Below the pieces are notes generated by a model. It was not told where the DNA came from, did no database searches, and worked only from the letters and a program-made list of their open reading frames with translations. 64,000 nt of DNA. It comes from Promethearchaeota archaeon. Its GTDB lineage: Archaea; Asgardarchaeota; Lokiarchaeia; Sigyniarchaeales; SOKP01. Position 1 is the stretch's first letter; the number at the start of each line of letters is the position of its first letter. Location: contig JAHLWP010000005.1 in NCBI GenBank assembly GCA_019057865.1, positions 92,912 to 156,911 of the forward strand. The letters are read 5' to 3'. A program made the position numbers and the translations under genes. Below are positions 9,761 through 20,196 of this stretch, piece by piece.

Positions 9761-10732
9761 TTACCCTCCTGATAAGGAATTATGCTCTTTAAGCCATTCA
9801 AGAAGTTCTGAAAGATTAGCTCTTGCTAAACCAATACAACTATCAGCACATCCATAATAAAGTAAGACATCATCATTTTTTTGAATCCAGCCACATGGAA
9901 AAACTACTTTATCAACATCACCAAATATCTCATAAGATTCTTTTGGAGAAAAAACCCATTCATCAGATCTGGCAATTACATTGCGAGGATCTTTTAAATC
10001 TAAAAGTGCAAGCCCTAACCGATATATAATGCCACTAGCAGTAGATTTAACTCCATGGTAAAGAATTAACCAACCCTCGTCAGTTCTCAAAGGTGGGGGT
10101 GATATACCAATTTTTTTTGCATCCCACCAGCTACCTCTCCTAGCTTTAATAAGAACCTGATGCTCCCCCCAATGTTTAAGATTTGGAGAAAAAGCAATCC
10201 AAATATGAGCCCCAGTACCAGGCATTTTGGCAACTGGTCGATGAATCATTGCCCAGCGCCCATTATAGCGAATTGGAAATAATGCAGCATCTTTATTTTC
10301 AGGTGGCATCACAGGACCATAACGAGTAAAATTTTGAAAGTCTGAAGTAGTTATCAACGAAACTAAAGGTCCGCCCTCTGAATAAGCTGTGTATGTAATA
10401 GCTAATAATCTTTTTTCCTCTAAAAAAACAATTCTCGGGTCTTCAATTCCCCAAATTTCTTCCGGGTATGTCTCTGGGTTGGGCAATATAGTTGGTTGAG
10501 AATCAATTTCCCAATTGCTTATACCATTTTTGCTTCGTGCTAATGTTAGATGGGATATACCACGTCTATCTTCAACTCGCATTAATAAAAAAATTTTATC
10601 ATCCAATTTTATTGCTCCTGCATTGAATACTGAATTTGCCATATAGGGAATATCATTTATTGAAATAATGGGATTTTGTGGATCCCGATGAAAAAGTTCT
10701 TTTATCATATTGCTTTTTATTTTTCTCACCAA
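9761..10732 (-). CDS. GH130 glycosidase/phosphorylase
   Basis: VFNAGA, GIEDPR, NKDAALFP, VVFPCG and YYGCAD. Confidence 0.92.
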   Translation of the reverse strand: MVRKIKSNMIKELFHRDPQNPIISINDIPYMANSVFNAGAIKLDDKIFLLMRVEDRRGISHLTLARSKNGISNWEIDSQPTILPNPETYPEEIWGIEDPRIVFLEEKRLLAITYTAYSEGGPLVSLITTSDFQNFTRYGPVMPPENKDAALFPIRYNGRWAMIHRPVAKMPGTGAHIWIAFSPNLKHWGEHQVLIKARRGSWWDAKKIGISPPPLRTDEGWLILYHGVKSTASGIIYRLGLALLDLKDPRNVIARSDEWVFSPKESYEIFGDVDKVVFPCGWIQKNDDVLLYYGCADSCIGLARANLSELLEWLKEHNSLSGG

Positions 10733-11380
10733 TTAGAATTCTGGTTCTAATACTACAGGTTTTCCAGAGATTTTAGCATTTCGTGCTAAATCATAAGCCT
10801 GATTATACTTATCAGCAATTATTTCCCATGAAACAACCTCATCAAGATAGTGCTTTAAATTTTCACCAAGTGACATTCTAAGATTTTCATCACATGCTAA
10901 TCTAATTACATTTTTCTTTAACATTTTCTTAGTTGTAAATAATAAACCACCACCACTTTCTAAAGTTTGCGCAGTTAATCCTTCCATTGGAGCTGTTGTT
11001 ATATATGGTTTATTCAGAGATATTATCCTTGCTAATGTTCCAGATTGAGTTTCATCAATAGTTGGTAATATAATGAAATCACATATTCCCATCACTTTAT
11101 AATAGATATCTCCTCTAGGGATAAATTCATAATAATGTGCTATCCCCTTGCTTTGAAGATCAAGAACATCAGACTTCCACATTATATAATCACGTTGATG
11201 ATTTGGATCACGTATAGTACCAGCTGCAAATAAATTCCATTTTTGACCACATTTTTTTTTAATTTCTTCATTTCTCTTTAGATTTCTTTTATTTATATAT
11301 TTAGAAGATAAAATTTCAAGATTATTTAGATTCTTATCTAATTTCTCATTTATTTCTGCTTTTCTATTTTCATTTTTCAA
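10733..11380 (-). pseudogene. Glycosyltransferase (GT-B) C-terminal half; probably truncated or internally deleted
   Basis: CDFIILP..ETQSGTLAR..KPYITT and SWEIIADKY match the C-terminal GT4 domain. N-terminal domain absent; in-frame stop just upstream. Confidence 0.55.
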
Positions 11381-11816
11381 AATACCACCTTTGATCTGTC
11401 TTTAAATCCTAAGAATGTTAAATCTGAAAATTATTTCATTATATGGGAAGAATTTATTTCATAATTGGCTTGAATGAAATTCTTATTTTTAACATTCAAT
11501 TTAAATTAAAAAAATGATTAAGATAAAAGGATATCAAATTATTTACTTTTCTTTTATAATAATATAATTCAAAATATTTAATTTTTACCTTAAAGAAGTA
11601 GTAATTTTTGATTAATATTTTAAACACCTAATGGGTCTTATTGAATTTTTTTTTAAAAAACTAATCATTTCGATTTTTTCTGGTATTCTTAATAATTTGA
11701 ATAATATATCAACTCTAAAATAATTCTAATAAATTTTAAAACAAAATCTTGATTTTTCTTAAATGACAATTCTAAAATATCAATAAGAATTTTGTTGTTC
11801 TAGGAGTTTATAAAAA

Positions 11817-13166
11817 ATGAGTATTTACGCCGACGATGTTATAAGTTTTACATCAGTTTTAAAGATGTCTTATAATTTTTTAACGGGTAGAGATTATTTA
11901 ACAAAGAGAAAACAAAAAGAGAAAAAGAAACTAATTTCTGTTGCATTAGGTTTTCCAGATTTAGTTTTTGCTGCTAATGCAATACCTGTATTTCCCATAA
12001 GAATGGAGAAATTCAAAATTAATTTATATTTGATGGCATTAAATTCTGCCACAAGCTTATTTGGTTGGGATCTTACAACAAAAATTTTAGGGATCGCAAG
12101 GCAATTAGACTTTTTAAAGGTAGTTGAAAAGGTATTAGATGATGTTGTTAACTCAATTAATGAAAAATATAATGAAATGTATGATTTAGGAGTTAAGAAT
12201 GGAGGCCCTTCTGACTTATGTTATGGTGTAAATGCTCTCTATGGAATGCATAAATCAAGGGGATCTGTTTTAGATGGGAACTTAAATTTTGCCATGCGTT
12301 GCGGTGAGTGGAATAAATTCTCAGAATCATTGCAAACAATAGTTCCTAATCAAATTTGGGTTAATATTCCTCCAAGAGAAATAGAAAATGAAGATAAAGC
12401 ATTAGAAATTATGGTAAATAATGTCAAAAAAGCAATATCAGAATTAGAGGGTATAACAGGGAATTATATTACTGATAATAGTTTAAAAAAACAATTTCGA
12501 ATAGGTAATCAAGTTAAAAGGTTTTATAAAACAATTTTATATGAAATATGTTCATCTGATTTTTATCCTTGTAATCCCGCTACTTTTGCTGAAATATTAG
12601 CTTTATTAACAATTTCCTTCCAAGATTACAATTCTAATGCACAAAGATATTTAGAAAATATGAGTCAATTAGTTACTGAAATGCGGGAAAGAATAAAAAA
12701 AGGGATAGGGATGGATGTATCTGACATGCCACGTATCTTAATAACCCCTATGTTTGGAGGCTGGGAACCAGAAACTCATGAAATAATATATGAATTAGGT
12801 GGCAGGGTTATTTACGCGGATTGGGAAATCTTGGGGCTGTTAGAAGAAATACTAGTATCAAATGATTCGGATCCTATCGAGAATTATGCTAAATTCCTTT
12901 TGAGAGCTTCAAAAAAAGGAATAGGATGCAATATTAATAATTTAAAAAATTCTTATCTGAAAGCCGCTAAGCAAATGAAAGTTGATGGTTTAATTTTTAA
13001 TGAAGTATATGGATGTCCTTCTATATCTAACAATTATGACATCTTAAGAGAGGAAATCAAAACTGAACTTGATATTCCTGCAATTGTTATTAATTTTAGA
13101 AAAATTGGTGAAAATGTTGAACTTGTGAAATCACAACTTAGAACCTACATGGAAGTATTCAAGTAA
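11817..13166 (+). CDS. 2-hydroxyacyl-CoA dehydratase family subunit; close paralog of 6048-7406
   Basis: Shares blocks such as SDFYPCNPATF and MPRILxTPMFGGWEP with 6048-7406. Confidence 0.8.
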   Translation: MSIYADDVISFTSVLKMSYNFLTGRDYLTKRKQKEKKKLISVALGFPDLVFAANAIPVFPIRMEKFKINLYLMALNSATSLFGWDLTTKILGIARQLDFLKVVEKVLDDVVNSINEKYNEMYDLGVKNGGPSDLCYGVNALYGMHKSRGSVLDGNLNFAMRCGEWNKFSESLQTIVPNQIWVNIPPREIENEDKALEIMVNNVKKAISELEGITGNYITDNSLKKQFRIGNQVKRFYKTILYEICSSDFYPCNPATFAEILALLTISFQDYNSNAQRYLENMSQLVTEMRERIKKGIGMDVSDMPRILITPMFGGWEPETHEIIYELGGRVIYADWEILGLLEEILVSNDSDPIENYAKFLLRASKKGIGCNINNLKNSYLKAAKQMKVDGLIFNEVYGCPSISNNYDILREEIKTELDIPAIVINFRKIGENVELVKSQLRTYMEVFK

Positions 13167-13205
13167 AATTTACCCAAAATATAGAAAGAGAATAAATCAA
13201 AATAC

Positions 13206-13796
13206 TTATTTTTTAAATAAATCAGAAGGTCTGATAAGATGAGGTTCCTCTTCCTCTTCTTTCTTCTTTTTATCTTTTTTCTTACCAGGTACATGTCCAT
13301 AAACCTCAGTTGCGGGTGTTGGTGCAGGGGCTGGTGGTGTTGATGACATCGTTGTTGCAATAGGAGGTGTAATACTTATGCCTGCAGTTATAGGTTCTGG
13401 TTGTTGACCTACACTTATTTTTTGATGCATTATAGGTGCTATACTAGTACCTTTCAATCCTTTTAATTCAGTTAATACTTTTTCTAAATTCATTGATTGT
13501 ACGCTTTTATTCATAGTATCCATAATTTCTTTTAAAGATTTTGATGTTTCTCTCAAACCCTTTGGACTAATTCCTGCAAGTAAAGAATCCAGATTTGCAC
13601 TTATGCTTTCATTTAGCTCTTTTAAGGAATCTATAACTGTATTCCAATGTTTATTCATTTGGGATTCGATAACGCCAATCATTTTGATTGTCTGGTTCAT
13701 AAAATCAACATGACTAGCATAGCGTTCTTCATCCTTCGCCCGAAGGTCAGATATCAGCATTATTAACTTTCTTAGAGCTTCTTTTTCTTCACTCAT
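13206..13796 (-). CDS. Hypothetical coiled-coil protein with Pro/Thr-rich tail
   Basis: 196 aa ORF; helical N-terminus, low-complexity linker, K/E-rich end. Confidence 0.75.
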   Translation of the reverse strand: MSEEKEALRKLIMLISDLRAKDEERYASHVDFMNQTIKMIGVIESQMNKHWNTVIDSLKELNESISANLDSLLAGISPKGLRETSKSLKEIMDTMNKSVQSMNLEKVLTELKGLKGTSIAPIMHQKISVGQQPEPITAGISITPPIATTMSSTPPAPAPTPATEVYGHVPGKKKDKKKKEEEEEPHLIRPSDLFKK

Positions 13797-13932
13797 TTTT
13801 AGGGAATTTTCTTTTTATTTTTCTTTATTATAATTATGATTACATAAAAATTTATATATATTTATTTTATAAGGAAAAGAATATAAACTATATTTATCAA
13901 GATAATAAATTTGAATTAGGCGCAATATAAGA

Positions 13933-15423
13933 ATGCTTTTTAAAGAATTTGAATGGCCTAAAAATCCAAAAATTTATGAAATTAACACTTGGCCATGGCT
14001 TAAGTATTTATCAGAAACTTATAATATTTCCATTAATTTGAAGAATATTCCTAACGAAGTATTTAATCAAGAAATAAAATTTTTTGATGCTATTTGGCTA
14101 ATGGGAGTATGGGAACGTAGTCCTGCTGGAAGGAGAATTGCTCTTGAGCGTCAAGATTTACAGAACGAATATCATAAAGTTTTACATGATTTTGGTGAAA
14201 ATGATGTTGTAGGATCACCTTATTCTGTTTATTATTATCATATTGATGCTAATCTTGGTGGGATTGATGGTTTAACTGAGTTTCGTAAACAATTGCAAGA
14301 ACATAGCATCCGTTTAATATTGGATTATGTTCCTAATCACGTTTCTATTGATCATCTCTGGATTTTAGAAAAATCAGATGTTTTTATTACTGGAACTTTA
14401 GAGGATCTAATGACTAAGCCGAATGGATTTTTTTCTGTAGGGGAAATAGTGTATGCTAATGGTCGAGATCCTTATTTTGACCCATGGACAGATACTGTCC
14501 AGATTAATGCATTTTCTCTTGAAGCTCGTAAAAAAGCAATCAATACGTTATTGAGTATCGCTGAATTATGTGATGGTGTTCGTTGTGATATGGCAATGCT
14601 TATGACTAATAATGTATTTAAAAAGACTTGGGGTGAAAAAGCTGGAACTCCACTTGAAAAAGAATTTTGGAAGGAAGTCATTCCGGCAGTAAAACAAAAG
14701 TTTCCAAATTTCTTATTTATAGCAGAGGTGTATTGGGATATGGAATGGGACCTTATACAACAAGGGTTTGATTATTGCTATGATAAAAAACTCTATGACA
14801 GGTTAGCTCATGAGACCATAAACACAGTTAGAGAACATCTCAAAGCAGAATGGGATTATCAGAGTAAATTAGTTCGATTCATAGAAAATCATGATGAGCC
14901 TAGAGCTATAGAAAAGTTTGGAGAAGAACGATCAAAGGCGGCAGCTATTATAGCATTAAATTTGCCAGGAGCAAGATTAATATATGAAGGTCAAACTCGT
15001 GGTTATAAAATAAAATTACCTGTTCAATTAGGAAGGAGGTCATTCGAAGAAGAAAATGCAAAGCTTCTTGAATTTTACCAAAATTTATTAAATATCATAC
15101 CTGGAAGAGAATTTGAAAAAGCAAATTGGTCCCTCTGTAAAGTTGAACCTGTTATTATTGATGACCCCTCTTATCAAAATATAATTTCTTATCTCTGTTG
15201 GTATAACGATATTTTTCGACTTATTGTGGTTAACTATAGTCCATTTCATGTAAAAGCACATATCAGACTTAAGCAAATAGAATTTAACATTGAGAATTGG
15301 AATTTTACAGATTTACTTCATCAGAAAACTTATAGTTATAAAGGGGAAGACTTAGATGAATTTGGCTTATATATAGATTTAAACCCCTGGAATGGTCATA
15401 TCTTTGATATCAAAAGAGAGTAA
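13933..15423 (+). CDS. Alpha-amylase family (GH13) glycosidase
   Basis: LDYVPNH, DGVRCDMA, IAEVYW and FIENHDE conserved regions. Confidence 0.92.
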   Translation: MLFKEFEWPKNPKIYEINTWPWLKYLSETYNISINLKNIPNEVFNQEIKFFDAIWLMGVWERSPAGRRIALERQDLQNEYHKVLHDFGENDVVGSPYSVYYYHIDANLGGIDGLTEFRKQLQEHSIRLILDYVPNHVSIDHLWILEKSDVFITGTLEDLMTKPNGFFSVGEIVYANGRDPYFDPWTDTVQINAFSLEARKKAINTLLSIAELCDGVRCDMAMLMTNNVFKKTWGEKAGTPLEKEFWKEVIPAVKQKFPNFLFIAEVYWDMEWDLIQQGFDYCYDKKLYDRLAHETINTVREHLKAEWDYQSKLVRFIENHDEPRAIEKFGEERSKAAAIIALNLPGARLIYEGQTRGYKIKLPVQLGRRSFEEENAKLLEFYQNLLNIIPGREFEKANWSLCKVEPVIIDDPSYQNIISYLCWYNDIFRLIVVNYSPFHVKAHIRLKQIEFNIENWNFTDLLHQKTYSYKGEDLDEFGLYIDLNPWNGHIFDIKRE

Positions 15424-15432
15424 TACTTATTA

Positions 15433-17283
15433 TTAATGTACAGTTACTGTTTTACTTAAGTTCAATGGTTTATCAGGATCTAGTCCGTGAGATAAAGCGG
15501 TATAATAAGCCAATAACTGTAAAGCAGGGATAAAAGTTATTGGGCTAAAGAGATTATGGTATTTATCTCCTGGTTGTGGAATTCGAATTGTTAGGTCACT
15601 CAATTCTGTTATTTTTTCATCACTTTCTACAACTAATGAAATGATTTTACCTCCCCTTGCCTTAAATTCCATAACATTACCTATTAATCTTTCATAAGTT
15701 TCATCGGGTGGTGCAATAAATATTATTGGAAAACCATCTCTAACGAGAGATATTGGTCCATGTTTTGCATGAGCCGCCGAATAGCCTTCTATGAAGCGAC
15801 ATGCTATTTCTTTTAATTTTAGTCCCCCTTCTTTAGCAGTAGCAATAGATATACCTCGTGCCAAAAAAAAGAAGTTGTGTTCTTTGTCTAAATATCTAAT
15901 AATTTTTTTTACAGAATCTACTTTAGTTTCCAGAAATTCTTCTATTATTGATGGAGTTGAGTTTAATGCTTCATAATATTTTTTTATCTCCTCAAATAAT
16001 TCTATTTTTCGTAATTTGGCTATTTCTAAGCCAATCAATGCTAAAGTTAATACTTGAGTACAATAAGTTTTTGTAGCAGCAACCCCGATTTCAGGTCCGG
16101 CACGAGTAACAATCACATGATCTGAGTATCTAGTAATAGTTGATCCTACAACATTCGTTATTGATAATATTTTTACACCTTTCTTTCTTTTTGCCCACCG
16201 AATTGCATCAATTGTATCTATAGTTTCTCCAGATTGAGAGAGTGCAATAACTACGGAATTTTCTCTTAAACATTCTGCTAATTCGTTCTTAAATTCAGAA
16301 CATTCAACTGCGTGAATATATTTTCCCAAAAATTTAGTAATAATGTATTTCCCAGCTAATGAAGCATAAAATGATGTACCGGCTGCTGTGATATAAATAT
16401 TACTTGCTGACCATAACTCATTAGCAAAATTTATTATTTGATCTTTATGAATCTTCATAGTGCGCCTAAGTGCCATGGGTTCTTCATAAATCTCTTTTAA
16501 CATAAAATGTTCATACCCTCCTTTTTCAGCAGCATCAATACTCCATTCAATCTCTTGTATTTCTTTTTCAATTCTTGTATCATCATTAATATTAAAGAAT
16601 GAAACTTTTCCAGCTTCTAATTTAGCCAATTCATCATCATCCATAATGTAACAATACCTTGTTAAGGGTAGAAAAGCTGGAATATCTGAAGCACAATAAG
16701 TTGCTCGATCTTGATCAATTCCAATAACTAAGGGAGATCCTTTTCGAGCAACAAATATTAAATCCGGACTTTTAGCATAACAAATAGCTATTGCATAAGC
16801 TCCGCGGCATCGTTTTAAAGCGCGAATAACAGCATCTTTAAAATTTAATCCATCTTTTATAAAATCTTCAATTAAATGTGGAATTATCTCGGTATCTGTG
16901 TCAGATTTAAAGATATGGCCTTTGCCAGTTAATTCTTTTCTCAATTCTATAAAATTATCTATTATTCCATTATGAACAATAGCTATTTCTCCCGAACAAT
17001 CTAAATGTGGATGACTATTATTTTTCGTAGGTGCGCCATGAGTTGCCCATCTTGTATGAGCAAGTGCAAGTTTAGAACCATTTGGAAAATCTTTTAAATT
17101 TATTTTTTTCTGAATCTCATCAATTCTACCAGATTCTTTCTTAACATATAATTTGGAATTATATTGAGTAACTATTCCACAAGAATCATAACCTCGATAT
17201 TCTAAACGTTTAATACCTTCAAAAGCAATTTTTCCAACCGATATATCTTTTTGATTTGTGATTACACCAAATATCCCACACAT
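15433..17283 (-). CDS. glmS: Glutamine-fructose-6-phosphate aminotransferase
   Basis: MCGI N-terminus, LEYRGYDS, HTRWATHG, SQSGET and NLSKTVTV. Confidence 0.96.
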   Translation of the reverse strand: MCGIFGVITNQKDISVGKIAFEGIKRLEYRGYDSCGIVTQYNSKLYVKKESGRIDEIQKKINLKDFPNGSKLALAHTRWATHGAPTKNNSHPHLDCSGEIAIVHNGIIDNFIELRKELTGKGHIFKSDTDTEIIPHLIEDFIKDGLNFKDAVIRALKRCRGAYAIAICYAKSPDLIFVARKGSPLVIGIDQDRATYCASDIPAFLPLTRYCYIMDDDELAKLEAGKVSFFNINDDTRIEKEIQEIEWSIDAAEKGGYEHFMLKEIYEEPMALRRTMKIHKDQIINFANELWSASNIYITAAGTSFYASLAGKYIITKFLGKYIHAVECSEFKNELAECLRENSVVIALSQSGETIDTIDAIRWAKRKKGVKILSITNVVGSTITRYSDHVIVTRAGPEIGVAATKTYCTQVLTLALIGLEIAKLRKIELFEEIKKYYEALNSTPSIIEEFLETKVDSVKKIIRYLDKEHNFFFLARGISIATAKEGGLKLKEIACRFIEGYSAAHAKHGPISLVRDGFPIIFIAPPDETYERLIGNVMEFKARGGKIISLVVESDEKITELSDLTIRIPQPGDKYHNLFSPITFIPALQLLAYYTALSHGLDPDKPLNLSKTVTVH

Positions 17284-17496
17284 AGTAAAAAGATAATTTT
17301 TTTTGTTTAAAAATAAAAAAGAATCAAAATTATATTAACATTACTAAATATATAATAACATAATTAATGTAGATAATATATATAGTAGCTAATTTAATTC
17401 TTTTTATTGATATAACTAATATAATTAAGTTTTTAAAGAAATGACTCTTTTTAGTTTTGAAAAAACATTCAATTTTAGGTTTTAAATGAGATAATA

Positions 17497-18456
17497 ATGA
17501 CCATAAAGGTATTAATCACTAAGAATTTTAACCATATGAGTGAAGTAGCAGCTAATATAGTCAAAGAAGAAATTATAAAAGTATTAAAAAATAAAAAGGA
17601 ATTTGTTTTGGGATTAGCTACAGGAAATTCACCTACAGGATTGTATAAAAATTTAGCAAAAATGATGAATAATGGTGAGATTGACAGCTCTAAAATACGG
17701 AGTTTTAACCTTGATGAATATGTGGGACTTCCAGGTGAAAATGTTCAACAACGCACAATACATCCAGAGAGTTATTCTTATTTTATGATACAAGAATTAT
17801 TTGGACTTCTTAATAAGAAATTTATCGAAACATCTGTACCTTTTGGTTGTTTAATTGATCAAAAAAGGTTTATTAAAGAGCTTAAGGCCCATCCTGATGA
17901 TTGGAGTGAACTGGGGGTTGATGCGGGTAAATCAATTGTAATTAAAGATAATGCTGCTTCAGAATACTTACGATGGGTTCGAAAGACAGTTCAAGAAGAA
18001 TATATTCAGAAAATTGAGAATGCTGGAGGTATAGATTTACAGATTATAGGGGTTGGAGGGCGTGGACATGTAGCATTTCATGAATCTGGAATCCCTTTTG
18101 AAGGTAGTAAAGTCTTAATAGTAAAACTTGATGAAAATACTATGACTAATGCCCTAACTGATGGACATTTTCCCTCAAAAGAAGAATCGCCATGGTATGC
18201 AATCAGTATGGGTGCTGAATTAGTTTATAGAGCAAAAACAGTTTTACTTTTAGCTAATGGAGAACGAAAGATGGATCCCATTACTAAATCATTATTAAAT
18301 GACCCAACTCCAGAAGTACCTATATCCTATGGTCAAATCTACTCAGAAAAGGGTGGCAATTTAATTTATGTAATTGATAAAATTGCGGGTAAAAAACTTC
18401 TTGCAAATAAAATGCTGCTAGAGGAAAAGGGTATAGAAATTCAAAACTTAGAATAA
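17497..18456 (+). CDS. nagB: Glucosamine-6-phosphate deaminase (NagB family)
   Basis: VLGLATGNSP, FNLDEYVG, GGIDLQIIGVG..GHVAFHE and AISMG. Confidence 0.85.
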   Translation: MTIKVLITKNFNHMSEVAANIVKEEIIKVLKNKKEFVLGLATGNSPTGLYKNLAKMMNNGEIDSSKIRSFNLDEYVGLPGENVQQRTIHPESYSYFMIQELFGLLNKKFIETSVPFGCLIDQKRFIKELKAHPDDWSELGVDAGKSIVIKDNAASEYLRWVRKTVQEEYIQKIENAGGIDLQIIGVGGRGHVAFHESGIPFEGSKVLIVKLDENTMTNALTDGHFPSKEESPWYAISMGAELVYRAKTVLLLANGERKMDPITKSLLNDPTPEVPISYGQIYSEKGGNLIYVIDKIAGKKLLANKMLLEEKGIEIQNLE

Positions 18457-18467
18457 ATTTATTTAGA

Positions 18468-19916
18468 TTAAAGATAAATTAAATTTAATTTTTCCATCCT
18501 TTCTTTAGCTAGTTCATTAATTTTTTTTGTGGATTCCAAATCAACACTTGATTCACCCGAAATTCTTAAATATGGACTTGTACCTGAGCGTCTTATTAAA
18601 ATCCATCCATCATTAAAATCAAATCTTACACCATCCATTTTATTAATATTCTCCAATTTTTTTCCTTGAGAGCCTAATAATTCCTGTATTTCATCAATAA
18701 TTTTTTGATTAATCTCATCAGTAAAAGGGATATCCTTCTTTAATTTAAAGTTGCTTCTGTAATAAGGATATTCGGGGATATCTTTCAACAATTCTCTTAA
18801 TTCTTTTCCAGTTTCAGCTTTCATTCTTAAGACTTTTGCAATAGTCGCTATGGAATCTGGGCCTAAGTGTGTGCTTGGCCATATATACGTTCCCGACGTT
18901 TCTCCCCCCAAAAATCCATTATATTCTTTTAGTGCTTGGGCAACTTTTATATCCCCAACTTCAGTATAAATCACTTTACAATCAAAAGGTTTTAAGGCAT
19001 CTGCTAATAAACGGGATGAGTTTACTGCTGTTGTAACTATTCTATTTTCTTTAGGTATCTTTTCTTTATTTCGATTTAAATAATCAACTGCCATTAATGC
19101 TAAAAGACGGATTGGATCCACTATATCTCCTCCCTCATCTATAAAAACAACTCTATCTGCATCTCCATCAAGAGCAATTCCAATTTCCCCTTTTTCGGAA
19201 ATATTTATGTATTTAGATAATTGAGTCAGATTTTCTTTACTCGGTTCACTAAGTCTTCCAGGGAATGAACCATCCATATTTCCGTTTATAATAAACATTG
19301 AACAATTGTAAATATGAAGTAATTTAGGAACTATCTCACAGCTAGCCCCATTTCCAGGATCAACAATAACATTTAATGAACTTCCATCAAACATTACACG
19401 ATTAATTACGTCCTTAATATGTATATCGTTAATATCATCAATTGTTGTAACCTTTCCAACGCCATCCCATTCAATTTTTATAAAGTCTTTCTCATTATAG
19501 ATTCGCTCAATATCTTCTTCTTGTTCTTCAATATATCCCATTCCAGATGGGTTCCAGAATTTTAACCCAATATATTCTGGAGTATTATGGGATGCTGTAA
19601 TCATTACTCCAGCATCAGCTCTTAGAAATTTTAAAGACATAGCTAATGTGGGGGTTGGAACAATCCCTATATTCTTTACATTACATCCTGTGCTGATTAC
19701 TCCTGAAATAAATGCGTATTCAATGGGTAAAGCTGGTATACGAATATCTTTCGCAATAACTACAACTGCATCCCCTTTTAGATATGTACCTAATGCAAGA
19801 CCAACATCTAAAGCCATTTGAGGTGTTAGCATAATCTCAGTATTATCATAATTACTAAAAACCCGTCTAATTCCAGAGGTACCAAAAATTGGTATTTTTG
19901 GACTCAATAAAATCAA
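18468..19916 (-). CDS. glmM: Phosphoglucosamine mutase / PGM-PMM family
   Basis: FGTSGIR, ITASHN, DGDADR and IRRSGT; clustered with glmS and nagB. Confidence 0.8.
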   Translation of the reverse strand: MILLSPKIPIFGTSGIRRVFSNYDNTEIMLTPQMALDVGLALGTYLKGDAVVVIAKDIRIPALPIEYAFISGVISTGCNVKNIGIVPTPTLAMSLKFLRADAGVMITASHNTPEYIGLKFWNPSGMGYIEEQEEDIERIYNEKDFIKIEWDGVGKVTTIDDINDIHIKDVINRVMFDGSSLNVIVDPGNGASCEIVPKLLHIYNCSMFIINGNMDGSFPGRLSEPSKENLTQLSKYINISEKGEIGIALDGDADRVVFIDEGGDIVDPIRLLALMAVDYLNRNKEKIPKENRIVTTAVNSSRLLADALKPFDCKVIYTEVGDIKVAQALKEYNGFLGGETSGTYIWPSTHLGPDSIATIAKVLRMKAETGKELRELLKDIPEYPYYRSNFKLKKDIPFTDEINQKIIDEIQELLGSQGKKLENINKMDGVRFDFNDGWILIRRSGTSPYLRISGESSVDLESTKKINELAKERMEKLNLIYL

Positions 19917-20196
19917 TCCTCATTTACTATTAAAATTAAATTAATAAAGAATATTTTAGTTTATATACAGCAATTGAATATAAGATAAAGAAGGATTATT
20001 GCTTTTTATATTTAATTTCTGATTTTTTTCATAAATCAGAATATCTAATTAGGCTAGTTCAATAAAATAAGCACTAAAATAAATTTTAAATTTAAAATGC
20101 TTATATTCGATTAGAAAAGGAAAAGTATTAATTTTTTTAAAGATACTCTTTAAATAAGAAAAAACAAAGTTATCGCAACACTATTCCTAATATAAA

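Noticed and set aside
17284-17496. glmS ribozyme upstream of glmS
   Set aside because: The spacer is almost pure A/T with no recognisable conserved core or GC stems.
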